In this document: positions 26,901 to 40,005 of the stretch, piece by piece
Layout of the letters: every line of letters begins with the position of its first letter
Position numbering within the stretch: the stretch's first letter is position 1
NCBI RefSeq assembly: GCF_006345805.1
Contig: NC_043008.1
Span: 22,072,001 to 22,136,000, forward strand
Direction: 5' to 3'
DNA length: 64,000 nt
Source of the DNA: Octopus sinensis
Taxonomy: Eukaryota
Notes under the pieces: model-generated
What the model was told of the DNA's origin: nothing
What the model saw: the letters and a program-made list of their open reading frames with translations, nothing else
The model's database searches: none
Position numbers and translations under genes: made by a program

Positions 26901-26901
26901 C

Positions 26902-26935
<34 letters not shown>

Positions 26936-27070
26936 GTAGTAGTAATAATAATAATAATAATAATAATAGTAGTAGTAGTAGTAGTAATAATAATAATAAT
27001 AATAGTAGTAATAATAATAATAATAATGATAATAATAATAATAATAATAATTATTATTATTTCATTATTA
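26901..27070. repeat. (AAT/AGT)n microsatellite
   Basis: Direct reading. Confidence 0.9.
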
Positions 27071-27994
27071 GTCAAAAGAAAATCAAACAAAAACAAACCA
27101 AGTAAAAATGAAGAATTTTTCTTTTAAATGGTTTCTTTTCATTTTTCAAAGATATTTGTCTCTTTATCACATCATTCATTTTTCTTCATCCTAATGTATC
27201 ACCCATCCACCATCCCCCCATCCTCATATTTCCTTCCCCCCCGAAAATTCACTTAGTTTAAAATGGGTACGAAATGTGATTAACATATCTCAAATAAATT
27301 GAAAACCAGGAATATAAAATTCACGCTAAATGGTATAAAACACAAAAGCTTAGTCCTTAACTGTCAGAAAATAGCAATTTATTAAAACGAAATCAGATAT
27401 ATTTTTATCATCGTATTTGTTTATGGGTTTTATCAACCTTAATTCAATGATTTCAATGATGTATGTATTTCTTTAATATTACATTACAGTTTAATAATGA
27501 TTCTTATCAGGTTTACTGAGCATAATCAGGTTTTCTCTATGTAGATGGCTCCCTTTCAAACAGAATATTATTAGCAGTATCAAATAATTAAAGACTGTGT
27601 TTTTTGGCTTTACTCTTGCTATGTTCGTTTTAAATTCCTGAAGTGAATGAGAGGGTCAGGTCTTTAAGTGGTTGCATGACTTGCTAGGAATAGCAGCGAA
27701 ATCACACTTATGAGTGTGATGCTAGTGACAAGCTATGGTAGGCATGTTCACTGATGGCTAAAGAAGTCAGTGCCAAGATCAAACAGTAATACCTTTTTGT
27801 TGTTTTTGCCATTAGATCCTTTAGAAGGGAAATACACATTAATATGGCCAAGGAGTCTGAGATTAGGGATCCAAGATTTTATTTTTACTTTGTGCTATGA
27901 GGCTGGAAAAGTGAAGGCCAATAATTTGATCTTCCGATCAAGCAGACCTATGATCAAAAGTGTTACAGCTATGACAATCCATTATTTTTTTTTT

Positions 27995-28157
27995 AGGTAT
28001 AGGAATGGCTGTATGGTAAGTAGCTTGCTTTCGAACCATGTGGTTCTGAGTTCAGTCCCACTGCATGGCACCTTGGGCAAGTGTCTTCTACCATATACTC
28101 GGGCTGACCGATGCCTTGTGAGTGGATTTGGTAGACGGAAACTGAAAGAAGCCTGTC

Positions 28158-28237
<80 letters not shown>

Positions 28238-28249
28238 TATATGTATATT

Positions 28250-28281
<32 letters not shown>

Positions 28282-28557
28282 TATATATATATGTATGTAT
28301 ATATATATATATATATAATATATATATATATATGTATATATATATGTATGTATGTTTGTGTGTCTGTGTTTGCTCTCCCAACATCACTTGACAACAGCTG
28401 CTGGTGTGTTTATGTCCTTGTAACTTAGTGGTTCGGCAAAAGAGACTGATAGAATAAGTAGTAGGCTTACAAAGAATAAGTCCTGGGGTTGATTTGCTCA
28501 ACTAAAGGCGGTGCTCCAGCATGGTCACATTCAAATGACTGAAACAAATAAAAGAGT
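27995..28557 (+). mobile_element. Family B SINE with an expanded (~200 bp) internal microsatellite
   Basis: Both halves intact around a (TA/TG/CA)n block at 28158-28360. Confidence 0.85.
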
Positions 28558-29132
28558 TAAGAATATATCTAAACTAGGACATCTCTATTTCCCAACCTTT
28601 AGGTCTCAGATTCAATCCTACTGAACAAATGTCTTTTACTCTAGAGCCAGGATAACCTAAGTTTTGTGAGTGGATTTGGTAGACAGAAACTGAAAGAAGG
28701 TGGTGAGCTGGCAGAAACATTAGCATGCCGGGCGAAATGCTTATCGGTATTTCGTCTGCTGCTACGTTCTGTATGTATATGTGAGGCTTCTTTCAGTTTC
28801 CATCTCCCAAATCCACTTGATCAGCCTGTCACTATAGTAGAAGACAGTTCTCCAAGTTGCAGTGCAGTGGGAGAGAACCCAAGACCACATGGTTTGGAAG
28901 ACAGCTTTTTAACCAGAGATTCATGCCTTCACCCTATTTGTTCCATTATTGTTTTGCTGTTTTGAATCTTGAAAAATCTGTTCAAAAGCAAAATCATCAA
29001 CGAGTTTGTCACAAAATATATGAACAGATCAGCTTGTCAAAACATAACTCTTTACCTGTCACTCACAATAAAACCACAACTCATCATTATCTTGCCTTAA
29101 TTTACATTTACTTATATACACTCATATATATA

Positions 29133-29175
<43 letters not shown>

Positions 29176-29188
29176 TACATACATAAAC

Positions 29189-29228
<40 letters not shown>

Positions 29229-29323
29229 GTTCCTGGAGTAAATCTACATAAAACAACAGGTAGTCAAAACTGTGCTGGAGCTTTACTTATCATCCATTTA
29301 TACATTTTGTACAATTTCTCCAT

Positions 29324-29358
<35 letters not shown>

Positions 29359-29363
29359 ATATA

Positions 29364-29395
<32 letters not shown>

Positions 29396-29426
29396 CAAAA
29401 TAAGCATGAAGGATATCCAGAGGTAA

Positions 29427-29513
29427 TGCAGTATGATCGTTTCATGCAACTCCATTTAATTGAACAATGAAATCACTACATCAATTTAAAATGTAGAGCA
29501 ATCTTCAGCTGCA
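29427..29513 (-). ncRNA. Hammerhead-like motif with a long helix-II region
   Basis: Minus strand gcag-CTGAAGA-ttgc...gcat-GAAACGATC-atactgc; same core grammar as 35827-35896; helix I imperfect. Confidence 0.45.
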
Positions 29514-29789
29514 CAAAGACACAGAATTTAATCAAATTAGAACAGATGGACACATTAGTATAATTATACCTAAAATCTCTAAGAAGTTAAGGAGATAGAC
29601 AAAGAACATGGCTTGGAGAAGTTGACATTGACAGTGTTTATTCATAGAAACATTTTAACAAATCAGAGACATTGAGGGAGGATTTGGCTTCAATCAGGTA
29701 TTGAAAAGCATCTGATACTACAAACTGTTGTCCCACCTTAAATAATTTTTGCATAAAATTAAGTGTAAACTCAGATTAATAATGCTGTC

Positions 29790-30005
29790 ATGTTAGCACA
29801 CTGGGCGAAATGCTTAGCAGTATTTTGTCTGCCGCTACATTCTGAGTTCAAATTCTGCCGAGGTCGGTTTTGCCTTTCATCCTTTCAGGGTCAATTAAAT
29901 AAGTACCAGTTACTCACTGTGGTCAATGTAATTGACTTAATGCCTTTGTCTGTCCTTTTTTGGTCCCCTGTATGTTTAGCCCCTTATGGGCAATACATAA
30001 ATAAA
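29790..30005 (+). mobile_element. Family A SINE (tail type 1)
   Basis: gttagcacactgggcgaaatgcttagc...agccccttatgggcaatacataaata. Confidence 0.8.
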
Positions 30006-30021
30006 TAAATATTATTACTGT

Positions 30022-30365
30022 GAAGGTGCATGACTCAATGGTTAGTATGTCAGGTTCACAATCATGAGGTAGTGAGTTCAATTCTTGGACTGAGCTGCGT
30101 GTTGTCTTCTTGAGCAAGACACTTTATTTCACATTGCTACAGTTCACTCAGCTGTAAAAATGAGTTGCAACATCACTGGTGCCAAGCTGTATCAGCCCCT
30201 TTGCCTTTCCTATGGATAACATCAGTGGTGTGGAGAGGGGAGGCTGGTATGCATGGGCAACTGCAGGTCTTCTATAAACAACCTTGCCTGGACTTGTACC
30301 ATGGAGGGGAACTTTCTCAGTGCAATCCTATGGTCATTCATGACCAAAGGGAGTCTTTACTCTTT
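30022..30365 (+). mobile_element. Family D-related SINE with an alternative 3' half
   Basis: Head and cttgagcaagacactttatttcac...cactcagctgtaaaaatgagttg shared with family D; the remainder differs. Confidence 0.75.
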
Positions 30366-30492
30366 CTTATTACAATTTTTAGAGCAGGATTAAATTCAAA
30401 TTACGGTATACTTAGGGATGGTCATATTCTGCCAATTAAACACATGCACTATACATTTGGTTATTACTTCAGCTATATTATTATCATTATTA

Positions 30493-30568
<76 letters not shown>

Positions 30569-30572
30569 TTTA

Positions 30573-31040
30573 TTGAGTGAGAGAGCAGTGCATGCTATCA
30601 ATGTGACACTGGGGTAAAATATACAAAGCCCAGTATACCACTCATGACTGCTCATCTGATAAGGGTACACTAGACACATGCATCACAACCATATGTGCAC
30701 AACATGGTGATCTCATATTAAGATAAACAGCACATGACCTTGCAGGTGGGGCCCAGTTAGAATTTTTTTCTGGCCGAGTGACCCATCCCATTCAAAAGCT
30801 CCCTGAATAAGGTTTGTTTAAGGATGTTGAATGAAACAACCCATGTTTCCAGAGGTGAATTATTCAAACCCCAAAGAAGCCCTCTCAATACATGGCTATG
30901 ATGCTCATCCACTACTTCTGCTCGTGATCAGAGATGCACATATCGGCAGCCACTAAGGGACATGCTCTACTGGTTAAGGTCAAACAACTGACAAGCAAAT
31001 CTGTGGTATTGAGCAGAATATTTGCTGAATCCCATCTTTT
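30573..31040 (-). mobile_element. Family E non-coding retroelement in an (ATT)n tract
   Basis: Fixed end ...gcactgctctctcactc(aat); other copies at 40006, 46203 and 49017; all adjoin ATT repeats. Confidence 0.8.
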
Positions 31041-32574
31041 TATTATTATTATTATTATTGTTGTTGTTGTTGTTGTTCCTTTGTCAAAGCTCATTCATCA
31101 CACCTCTTCAGCAACACTTTATCTGACACGTCTCCTCTTGTTTAGCATAGACCATTTTGTCTGGTACATAAACGTAAATTCAAATCAATACTGATATTCT
31201 TAATCTTCTTCATATTTTTGTCCATTGAGAATAAGAATGGTTTGAAGCTTGTCAATAAAATTCTTTACTTTTACTCTTCTTCTAACTCCACTTGAAGTGT
31301 AAAGTTTTTGAAAGGGAAATACTGATTTCAAATTTTGGCAAAACACCCCAGAAATCTCTGGGTGGGGATATGCCAACTCATCAACCCTGGTGTTCAATTG
31401 GTACGCATTTTATCAACCCCAAAATAATAAACAGCTGAGTCAACCTCAGTGGAATTTGAACTCATAATATAAAGTTGGAAGAAATGCCAAAATGAGAATA
31501 TTTAAAGCATTTTCTTTCTGCATCTTTCTAAATATTTTTTCAATGGAATCTGACAAAGATTACAGCCTCACATTTATTGTTGATGTACCCATGTGTGTTC
31601 TAATAATGAGTTTCCTGTCTGCACAATATATATTTCTTCATAATTTGGGCATTTGATCCAAGAGAAAGGATTTTCTGCTTTTACAGTTCTTATTTGCATT
31701 TGGAAAGATTTTTCACCCAGTTTTTGTTGTTGAAATTTTGACCAGTAGATCATACCGACCAATAAAGCAAGCATGCAAATAGAAGGGAGAAAGAAAAAGA
31801 AATACAGAAAATTCTTTTAAAATGAACATACAAGGTGGGGCTCCAGCATGGCCACAGTCAAATGACTGAAACAAGTAAAAGAGTAATACAAATACAGGGA
31901 CAGAAGAGAATTAAGAGAAAAATTGAAGAAAAATTTGAGAAAAATTTCAGAGAAATAATTATGATAAAACTCTCATTAAAATTTTATTTGTTTCAGAGAA
32001 GAAAATTACTGAGGCACATGGAGGGGAAAGAGGAATGCAGTAGAAGTGGATGCAAAGTGTATACATGGAAGGGAGGGAAAAAAGGGGAAAAGAAAATTCA
32101 AGAAAAAATTAGAAAAAATAGGAACAAGGGAGTTCAGGGATACAAAATTAAAAGAAAATTAGAGAGAAATTAGAGAAAGATTAGGGAAAATTTGGAGAAA
32201 AATAATTACATTATAATGTTGATTAAAAAAGGTTATAAATATAAATGAAAATACGATGCTGTTGAAAAATGCAGTGAGGTGTGCATCTGATGCAGAGACT
32301 CAGGAAGTAGGAAATGGTAAGAAGATTGGAAATGGAAAATACTGTCTGAATAGAATCTGTCTACCAAATCTACTCACACACCATTGATCAGCCTGGGGCT
32401 CTAGTAGAAGATACTTGCCCAAAGTTCCACACAATGGACTACCCAATAAGGGCTTAAAGGGCTGAAACTTCAAAGTCACTGTCAACAACATTCTTGAATA
32501 AGAATAATAATATTTTACTTTACAAAAGTATAGAGTAACCCATCAGATTAATGTAAAATTGTTTTTATTTTGAC

Positions 32575-32780
32575 CGGCACAATTGTTAGCATTCTGGGTA
32601 AAATGCTTAATGGTATTTCACCTGTTGCTATGTTCTGAGTCCAAATTCCGCCAAGGTCAACTTTGCTTTCATCCTTTCAGGGCTGATAAATTAAGTACCA
32701 GATAAGTACTGAGGACAAGATAATCGCCCCCCCTCCCCCAAATTTCAGACATTGTGCCTATAGAAGAAAGGATTATGACT
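32575..32780 (+). mobile_element. Family A SINE (tail type 2)
   Basis: Core plus ccctcccccaaatttcagacattgtgcctatagaagaaaggattat. Confidence 0.75.
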
Positions 32781-33324
32781 GAACTTAAAAATAAACAATA
32801 TATATATATATATATATATTAATAAATGAAATAAAACATATGCATATATATAAACATATATGTACGTACCTACCTCTACATGTACATATACACGCATATA
32901 TGAGTACAGGACACCAAAAGGACGTCGAACACAATGAGAAACGAAAACATAGACACAAACCAAAGGAACAGGACATTTTTTTAAAAACAACAAAAAATGG
33001 AGTACAGGACAATTAACACAACCAAAAAGCCCTTTCTTCAGTCGCTAAGGTTTCATCTACTCTACGTTTCGAAGGATGAAAGCGAGACGTATCTTCGACA
33101 AGAAACTTTCCTTCCTGCGAAAAGCAAATCAATTAAAATTCTGAGATCTTTTCGCAGAGGGGTAAAAAATGGTAAAAAAAATGGTAAAAAAAATGGGACA
33201 GTAACGACAGTACAAAAATATAAACAGTAAAAAAATAAACAGTAAAAAAAATAAACAGTAAAAAAATATAACAGTAAAAGACAGGACAGGGAAAAACAAG
33301 ATAAGAAGGGCTGTTGACGCCGAA

Positions 33325-33663
33325 CCCGTGCCGACCGCATGTAAGATGCACCATCTGAACATAGTCGATGCCAGTCCTCCCCAGCTGGCTCCTGTGCCAG
33401 TGGAATGCAAAAAGCACTATCTAAACGTGGTTGATGCCAGTGCCGCTTGACTGGCTCGCATGCCAGTGGCATGAGAAAAGCACCCACTACACTCTTGGAG
33501 GGGTTGGCATTTAGGGAGGGCATCCAGCTGCAGAAACCTTGCCAGATTAGACTGGAGCCTGGTGCAACATGCTGGCTTGTCAGTCCCCAGTCAAACCCTC
33601 CAACCCATGCCAGCATGGAGGATGGATGTTAAACGATGATCATGATGGTGATGATGATGATGA
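33325..33663 (+). mobile_element. Family C with three internal units
   Basis: Unit array plus conserved 3' end and (gat)n. Confidence 0.8.
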
Positions 33664-33992
33664 TATATAAATATATATATATATATATCTGATTGTGAGG
33701 TTCTGCTGACCCCATAAAGCTGCTAGTATCTGGTATGTGGAGCTTTCAACTGAGAGAACTTGCATCTACAAGTTGTTTGCAAAATATATATACATATGAG
33801 CCATCCTCCACAGCAAAAATGTTAAGGCCTGAGGCCACTCCCCACCCTCCTGGTGAAGAGGATTGGCCTACAAGAGTCCTCTGCTGGTGCCATGTAAAAT
33901 GCGTTCATGCTAGTGCCACACAAAAGTGCTCATGTACTGCCATGTAAATGCAACAGCACACCCTGTAAAGTGTTTGGTGTTAGGAAGGGCAA

Positions 33993-34328
33993 GTGAGGGC
34001 GCGTGGCTTAGTGGTTAGGGCATTCGGCTCATGATCGTAAGGTTGTGAGTTCGATTCCCGGCGACGCGTTGTGTCCCTGAGCAAGACACTTTATTTCACG
34101 TTGCTCCAGTCCACTCAGCTGGCAAAAATGAGTTGTACTTGTATTTCAAAGGGTCAGCCTTGTCACTCTCTGTGTCACGCTGATTATCCCCGAGAACTAC
34201 GTTAAGGGTACACGTGTCTGTGGAATGCTCAGCCATTTGCACGTTAATTTCACGAGCAAGCTGTTCCGTTGATCGTATCAGCTGGGACCCTCGTCGTCGT
34301 AACCGGCGGAGTCTTTAAAAAAAAAAAA
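33993..34328 (+). mobile_element. Family D tRNA-derived SINE, young, poly(A) tail, 11-bp TSD, inserted in a family C element
   Basis: A box tggcttagtgg, B box gttcgattcc, CORE-like tgtccctgagcaagacactt; aggaagggcaa at 33982-33992 and 34329-34339. Confidence 0.92.
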
Positions 34329-34489
34329 AGGAAGGGCAACAAGTTGTAGAAAACATGCCAAATCAGATTGGAGCCTGGGGAAGCTTCCCAGCTTGACAGC
34401 TTTAGTCAAACCATTCTCCACATGCCAGCATAGAAAGTGGACATTAACTGGTAAGGATGATGACGATGTTGATGATGATGATATATATA

Positions 34490-34531
<42 letters not shown>

Positions 34532-34534
<3 letters not shown>

Positions 34535-34937
34535 CTCAGGAGTGGCTGTGTGGTAAGTAGCTTGCTAACCAACCACATGGTTCCGGGTTCAGTCCCACTG
34601 CGTGGTACCTTGGGCAAGTGTCATCTACTATAGCCTCGGGCCGACCAAAGCCTTGTGAGAGGATTTGGTAGATGGAAACTGACAGAAGCCCATCGTATGT
34701 ATGTATACATATGTGTATGTGTGTGTCTGTAAATGTTTGTGTGTCTGTGTTTGTCCACCCAACATCGCTTGACAACTGATGCTGGTGTGTTTACATCCTT
34801 GTTACTTAGCAGTTCGGCCAAAGCGACCAATAGAATAAGTACTAGGCTTACAAAGAATAAGTCCTGGGGTCAATTTGCTCAACTAAAAGTGGTGCTCCAG
34901 TATGGCTGCAGTCAAATGACTGAAACAAGTAAAAGAG

Positions 34938-34938
<1 letters not shown>
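34532..34938 (+). mobile_element. Family B SINE, full length
   Basis: Complete head, microsatellite slot and 3' half. Confidence 0.88.
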
Positions 34939-34968
<30 letters not shown>

Positions 34969-34987
34969 CTCTCTCTCTCTCTCTCTT

Positions 34988-35030
<43 letters not shown>

Positions 35031-35594
35031 AATATACATACATACATACATACATATATATACATATTTGATTACAAGGGATCCATAAAGAATCAAAGAA
35101 TAATGAAATGAAGGATGTCTCTAGTTGGCCAGACAGAATCCTGCAAAGCAGACAGTTGCATAATCCATTACCATATCATGGAAGGCATTGAGGAAGAAAG
35201 TTCACTGCTGTTTGGTAGTCTGCAATTCCAACAGCGTCTGGAAATATCTGATGATAAATGGAACTTTAAGCTTGGGTTCAAAGCATCAAAACAGACAAAT
35301 AGGTTATCTGGTATAACTACAAATGTTTCAGTAGGAGTTTTTATTTTGACATAAGCATAATATAATGTGTTAGACAGTGTAATATGTTACTACACAACCT
35401 CACTAATTGTATTATTCTTGCACTGAATCACCAAAACAAAATCTTCTAATGGAACAATTGTAGCAATATCGGATAAACCATTCCTCTCTCTTATTTATTG
35501 GAATATATATATTTGTATATATAAATGTATATATATATATGTTATGTATAGATATATATATATATATATATATAGTGTGTGTGTGTGTGTGGTG

Positions 35595-35658
<64 letters not shown>

Positions 35659-35687
35659 TATATATATATATATATATAAATATAATA

Positions 35688-35930
35688 TATTAAATTAGAG
35701 ATAAAACCACTATTAGGCAAATCAAACAATGAAAAACTTAAGCCAATACATAAAATTAATAATTTATATTATTTTAAATATATATCAAAAGTATTAAAAG
35801 TTTAATAAAAGATAATGAGTTAAAACACTACGATCGTTTCATGGCTGTCCAATTCGTAATAATTCGAGTTATGGTTACAGTCAATCTTCAGGTAATTGAA
35901 ATATCAGACTCTATATTCTATATTCCAATC

Positions 35931-35980
<50 letters not shown>

Positions 35981-36100
35981 GTATATATATATATACACAT
36001 ATATATTAAATTAAAGATAAAACACTATTAGGCAAATCAAAGAGTGAAAATCATAAACCAATACATAGAAATAAAATTAATTGATAAAATATATAAAATA
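35688..36100 (-). mobile_element. PLE pseudo-LTR-like element (partial tandem copy) in (TA)n
   Basis: attaaatta.agataaaac.actattaggcaaatcaaa repeated at 35688 and 36005; hammerhead at 35827-35896. Confidence 0.6.
35827..35896 (-). ncRNA. Type-I hammerhead-like motif with intact core
   Basis: attac-CTGAAGA-t-tgactgt...acagcca-t-GAAACGATC-gtagt; helix I attac/gtagt. Confidence 0.6.
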
Positions 36101-36293
36101 TAAAATTCAAAATTTAAATTATTTAAATTTAAAGTTAAAATTTAAAAAACTATTTAAATTAATAATTTATACTTATAAATTTTTATATATATATATATAT
36201 TTTATTATTATTATTATTATTATTATTATATTATTTTTTTTTTTTTTTTATATATATAACTATCAAAAAGTATTAAAAGTTAAATATAAATAT

Positions 36294-36316
<23 letters not shown>

Positions 36317-36326
<10 letters not shown>

Positions 36327-36982
36327 GAGGATAATATCGATATTTAAGTATCAAAATTATCAAGTGGCCAGCATGAAAGAAATACCTTACAAAGGTAAAA
36401 AATTTTTTTAACAATTAAAAATGAGGGTGTCTAAAAGACACCAACATGCCGAAATAGCAGTCGAAATTCTGACTATAAAACCACGTTAAATGTTCATATC
36501 GTACCATGGGGTAAAGCGGAGGGACAAAACATACAAGCAAAAATTATTGAATAATTCAAGATCCAAGGATTTCTGGTTCTGCTTTAAATAAGCTTTACCG
36601 TCATCAATCGAATATATCAAGGGTACATAAATACAGATATATATATGCACAGCAAACGATATACTTACATATACGAGCGTCGTACATACATACATATGCA
36701 CGTATGGACACTGCCATTTGAATTGCCCGCCAAATCACCGCATAATCACGATATGGTTAAAATAAGCACCGCAGTGAATATAATAACGAATTATATAAAT
36801 TTATATATGAGGATAATATCGATATTTAAGTATCAAAATTATCAAGTGGCCAGCATGAAAGAAATACCTTACAAAGGTAAAAAATTTTTTTAACAATTAA
36901 AAATGAGGGTGTCTAAAAGACACCAACATGCCGAAATAGCAGTCGAAATTCTGACTATAAAACCACGTTAAATGTTCATATC
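36317..36982. repeat. Direct repeat of about 185 bp (36317-36500 and 36799-36982)
   Basis: Copies appear identical; a related diverged copy lies inverted at 42363-42530. Confidence 0.85.
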
Positions 36983-37046
36983 ATACCAAGCAAAAATTAT
37001 TGAATAATTATTGAATAATTATATTAAACTTATATATATATATTGT

Positions 37047-37350
37047 GGAGGTGCAATGGCCCAGTGGTTAGGGCAGTGGACTCGCGGTTGTAGGATCGTG
37101 GTTTCGATTCCCAGACCGGGCGTTGTGAGTGTTTATTGAGCAAAAACACCTAAAGCCCCACAAGGATCCGCCAGGGGCTGGTGGTGATCCCTACTGTACT
37201 TTTTCACCACAACTTTCTCTCAATCTTTCATCCGTTGGTCTGCTCACTTAGCCAGCGGAGTGGCGCCATTTGAAGGCTAAAACAATGCGAAGCGCATTGT
37301 GGCCAGTGATGTGTAGCAACATCTGATAGCCTGGTCGGTCACGGTGACAG
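37047..37350 (+). mobile_element. Family F SINE (tail 2)
   Basis: ggaggtgcaatggcccagtggttagggcagtggactcgcgg...tttcgattcccagaccggg; 5' half shared with 19941-20241, 3' tail different. Confidence 0.85.
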
Positions 37351-37367
37351 TGATATGTATTTATGTA

Positions 37368-38371
37368 TCATCATCATCATCATCATCAATTAACGTCCGC
37401 TTTCCATGCTAGCATGGGTTGGACGTTCAACTGGGGTCTGGGGAGCCCGAAAGCTGCACCCAGTCCAGTCAGATCTGGCAGTGTTTCTACAGCTGGATGC
37501 CCTTCCTAACGCCGTATATATATATATATATATGTTGGGGTTCACGGAGACAATAACGAAGACCTTTGGCATTATGTCATGCTTGAGCAGAAGACCCATC
37601 AAACTGAGTGAAAGCACAGTCATGGAAGATATCGGTGTCATTCAAATTGGCACCCATGCTGGTAGTATTTAAAGGAACTCCTGTATCGTGCAAATGGCAC
37701 CCGTGCTGGTGGCACATAAAAGCAACCGTTGCGCTCTCAGCGTGGTTGGCATTAGGAAGGGCATGCCAAGCCAGACTAGAATCTGGTACAGCCTTCAAGT
37801 GTGCCAGCCCAGTCAAACCATCCAAGCCATACCAGCATGGACAATAGAAGTTAAACGATGATGATGATGATGATGATACATATATATATATATCTATATA
37901 TGTGTGTGTGTATGAGTACATGTGTACAATATATATATATGTATCAGTATGTATGTATGTATGTATGTGTGTGTGTATATATGTATATGTATATATATAA
38001 ATGTGTATGTGTGTATCTATCTATCTATCAGCAGGTGTGATACCTGTGCTGGTGGCACGTAAAAAAGCACCATCCGAATGTGGCCAATGCCAGCGCCACG
38101 TTGACTGGATCTGTGCCGGTGGCACATAAAAAGCAGCGACCGATTGTGGCTGCTGCCAGCCTCCCCTGGCACTTGTGCTGGTGGCACGTAAAATGCACCC
38201 ACTACACTGACGGAGTGGTTGGCGTTAGGGAGGGCATCCAGCTGTAGAAACTCTGCCAGATCAAGATTGGAGCCTGGTGCAGCCATCTGGTTCACCAGCC
38301 CTCAGTCAAAATCGTCGAACCCATGCTAGCATGGAAAGCAGATGTTAAACGATGATGATGATGATGATGAT
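37368..38371. mobile_element. Cluster of three family C copies (37368-37513 minus, 37650-37878 plus, 38030-38371 plus)
   Basis: Conserved 3' ends and (gat)n tails. Confidence 0.8.
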
Positions 38372-39099
38372 ATATATATATAACAAGTTGTCAATAGATG
38401 TTTGGAATGCTATGTTCATCTTGATCTCAATGACATTTATTCCTTTGAGCTTGTTTCTAACATTCGACGTTTGTTTGTGTCTATTGTTTCTCTGTTTATT
38501 TTAAAGAAAACAATATTTTCTTGATGTCAAAATTGAAGCCACTTGTCATATGAATAATTTATAGTGGCGGGAACATTTTGTCATAGCTCCATTAATTTAC
38601 TGGCCTGTAGAGAATGTAAATAAAACCATTTTTCCACATCTTATCCTGCAGTTTTACTTTAACATGGTTTGAATTTATAATGTTCAACAATTTCCTAACA
38701 ACTCCGTATTTTGTTTATCAAACACAACCACTTCTTGGTTTGTTGAAGTGCTTTATTTTCTTTCTCACAAACTGAAATTACCCTCTTGGCTTAAATTGAC
38801 TCTCAGGTATCTCAATGCCAAGAAAAATTTTCTTCTATTCTACAAATCATTGCTTATAAGAATAGATCATTTCTATATTTGATTCCCCACAGGTAACCAA
38901 TCAGAAGTTTTCTTTTGTGGCCTGGAGAACTAGGATAAACAAACAGCTATGTAAGCCCTAAGAGATACCTATCTAAATGCTAAGTGTGTATGATGGGGTG
39001 TGCTCCGAAAGGAGGACTCAGGGAGTAGCATTCCTGGCCTGTCTGAGCTAGTTTTCCACCACATTACTTAAAAATTGTGGTAGATTATATATATATGTT

Positions 39100-39139
<40 letters not shown>

Positions 39140-39144
<5 letters not shown>

Positions 39145-39384
39145 AAGGGACAAACCCACAACAGATACACAAACACACACATACATATATTATATATATA
39201 TATATATATATACATTTATACGATGGGCTTCTTTCAGTTTTTGTCAACCAAATCCACTCACAAGGCGTTGGTCGGCCTGAGGCTATAGTAGAAGACACTT
39301 GCCCAAGGTGCCACACAGTGGGACTGAACCCGAAACCATGTGCTTGGTAAGCAAGCTACTTACCACACAGCCACTCCTACGCCT
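39140..39384 (-). mobile_element. Family B SINE, 5' half
   Basis: Reverse complement of the head up to the microsatellite slot. Confidence 0.8.
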
Positions 39385-39482
39385 TTTTATCAATATTTAT
39401 ATTAAAACTTTTCTTTCCTGAATGTACACTGCTTAAATTGGAATACACCTATACAACATATATATATGTCTGTGTTTTTATA

Positions 39483-39511
39483 CAGACAGATAGATTGATA
39501 GATAGGCAGAT

Positions 39512-39598
<87 letters not shown>
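39483..39598. repeat. (GATA)n microsatellite
   Basis: Direct reading. Confidence 0.95.
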
Positions 39599-40005
39599 GT
39601 GTACATGTCTGAGCCAGTGCATGTGTGTGAGTCTTATCTCACTTATAGTTTAGTTTTGGTTAAATGGTTTCCAACACACATCACTGATTTCAGACATATT
39701 ATTTACATAATTAATAAACATACAAACAACTATATGATTGATATGTGCATCCGTATGTAATGTTTACGTTTTTTTTTTTTGTCATTATTTTTCTTATTGT
39801 TCACTGTTTTCTTCTGGTAGTTTACAGTGAAAGTACCAAGTAGACAATTCTGTCTGTTTTGAAATTGTTCGCTTTGTTTTTCATTGCACACATACACATA
39901 CAATACCCCACACACATGCACGCATATACATACACACACTTCAGTGATTTTTCGAAGAGGTATTATGGTTGAACTCACTAAAACAATAAAAAGTATACAA
40001 TAATG

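Noticed and set aside
27985-28000. AG|GT motifs at 27995 and 4607 as recursive splice sites
   Set aside because: Both are simply family B SINE 5' ends abutting T-rich insertion sites.
33030-33080. Hammerhead halves on the minus strand (GAAACGTA before CTGAAGA)
   Set aside because: The order and pairing do not give a convincing helix I/II, so it was not counted.
33993-34070. Functional tRNA gene
   Set aside because: A and B boxes are present, but it continues into a SINE body with poly(A) and a TSD, and the acceptor stem is incomplete.
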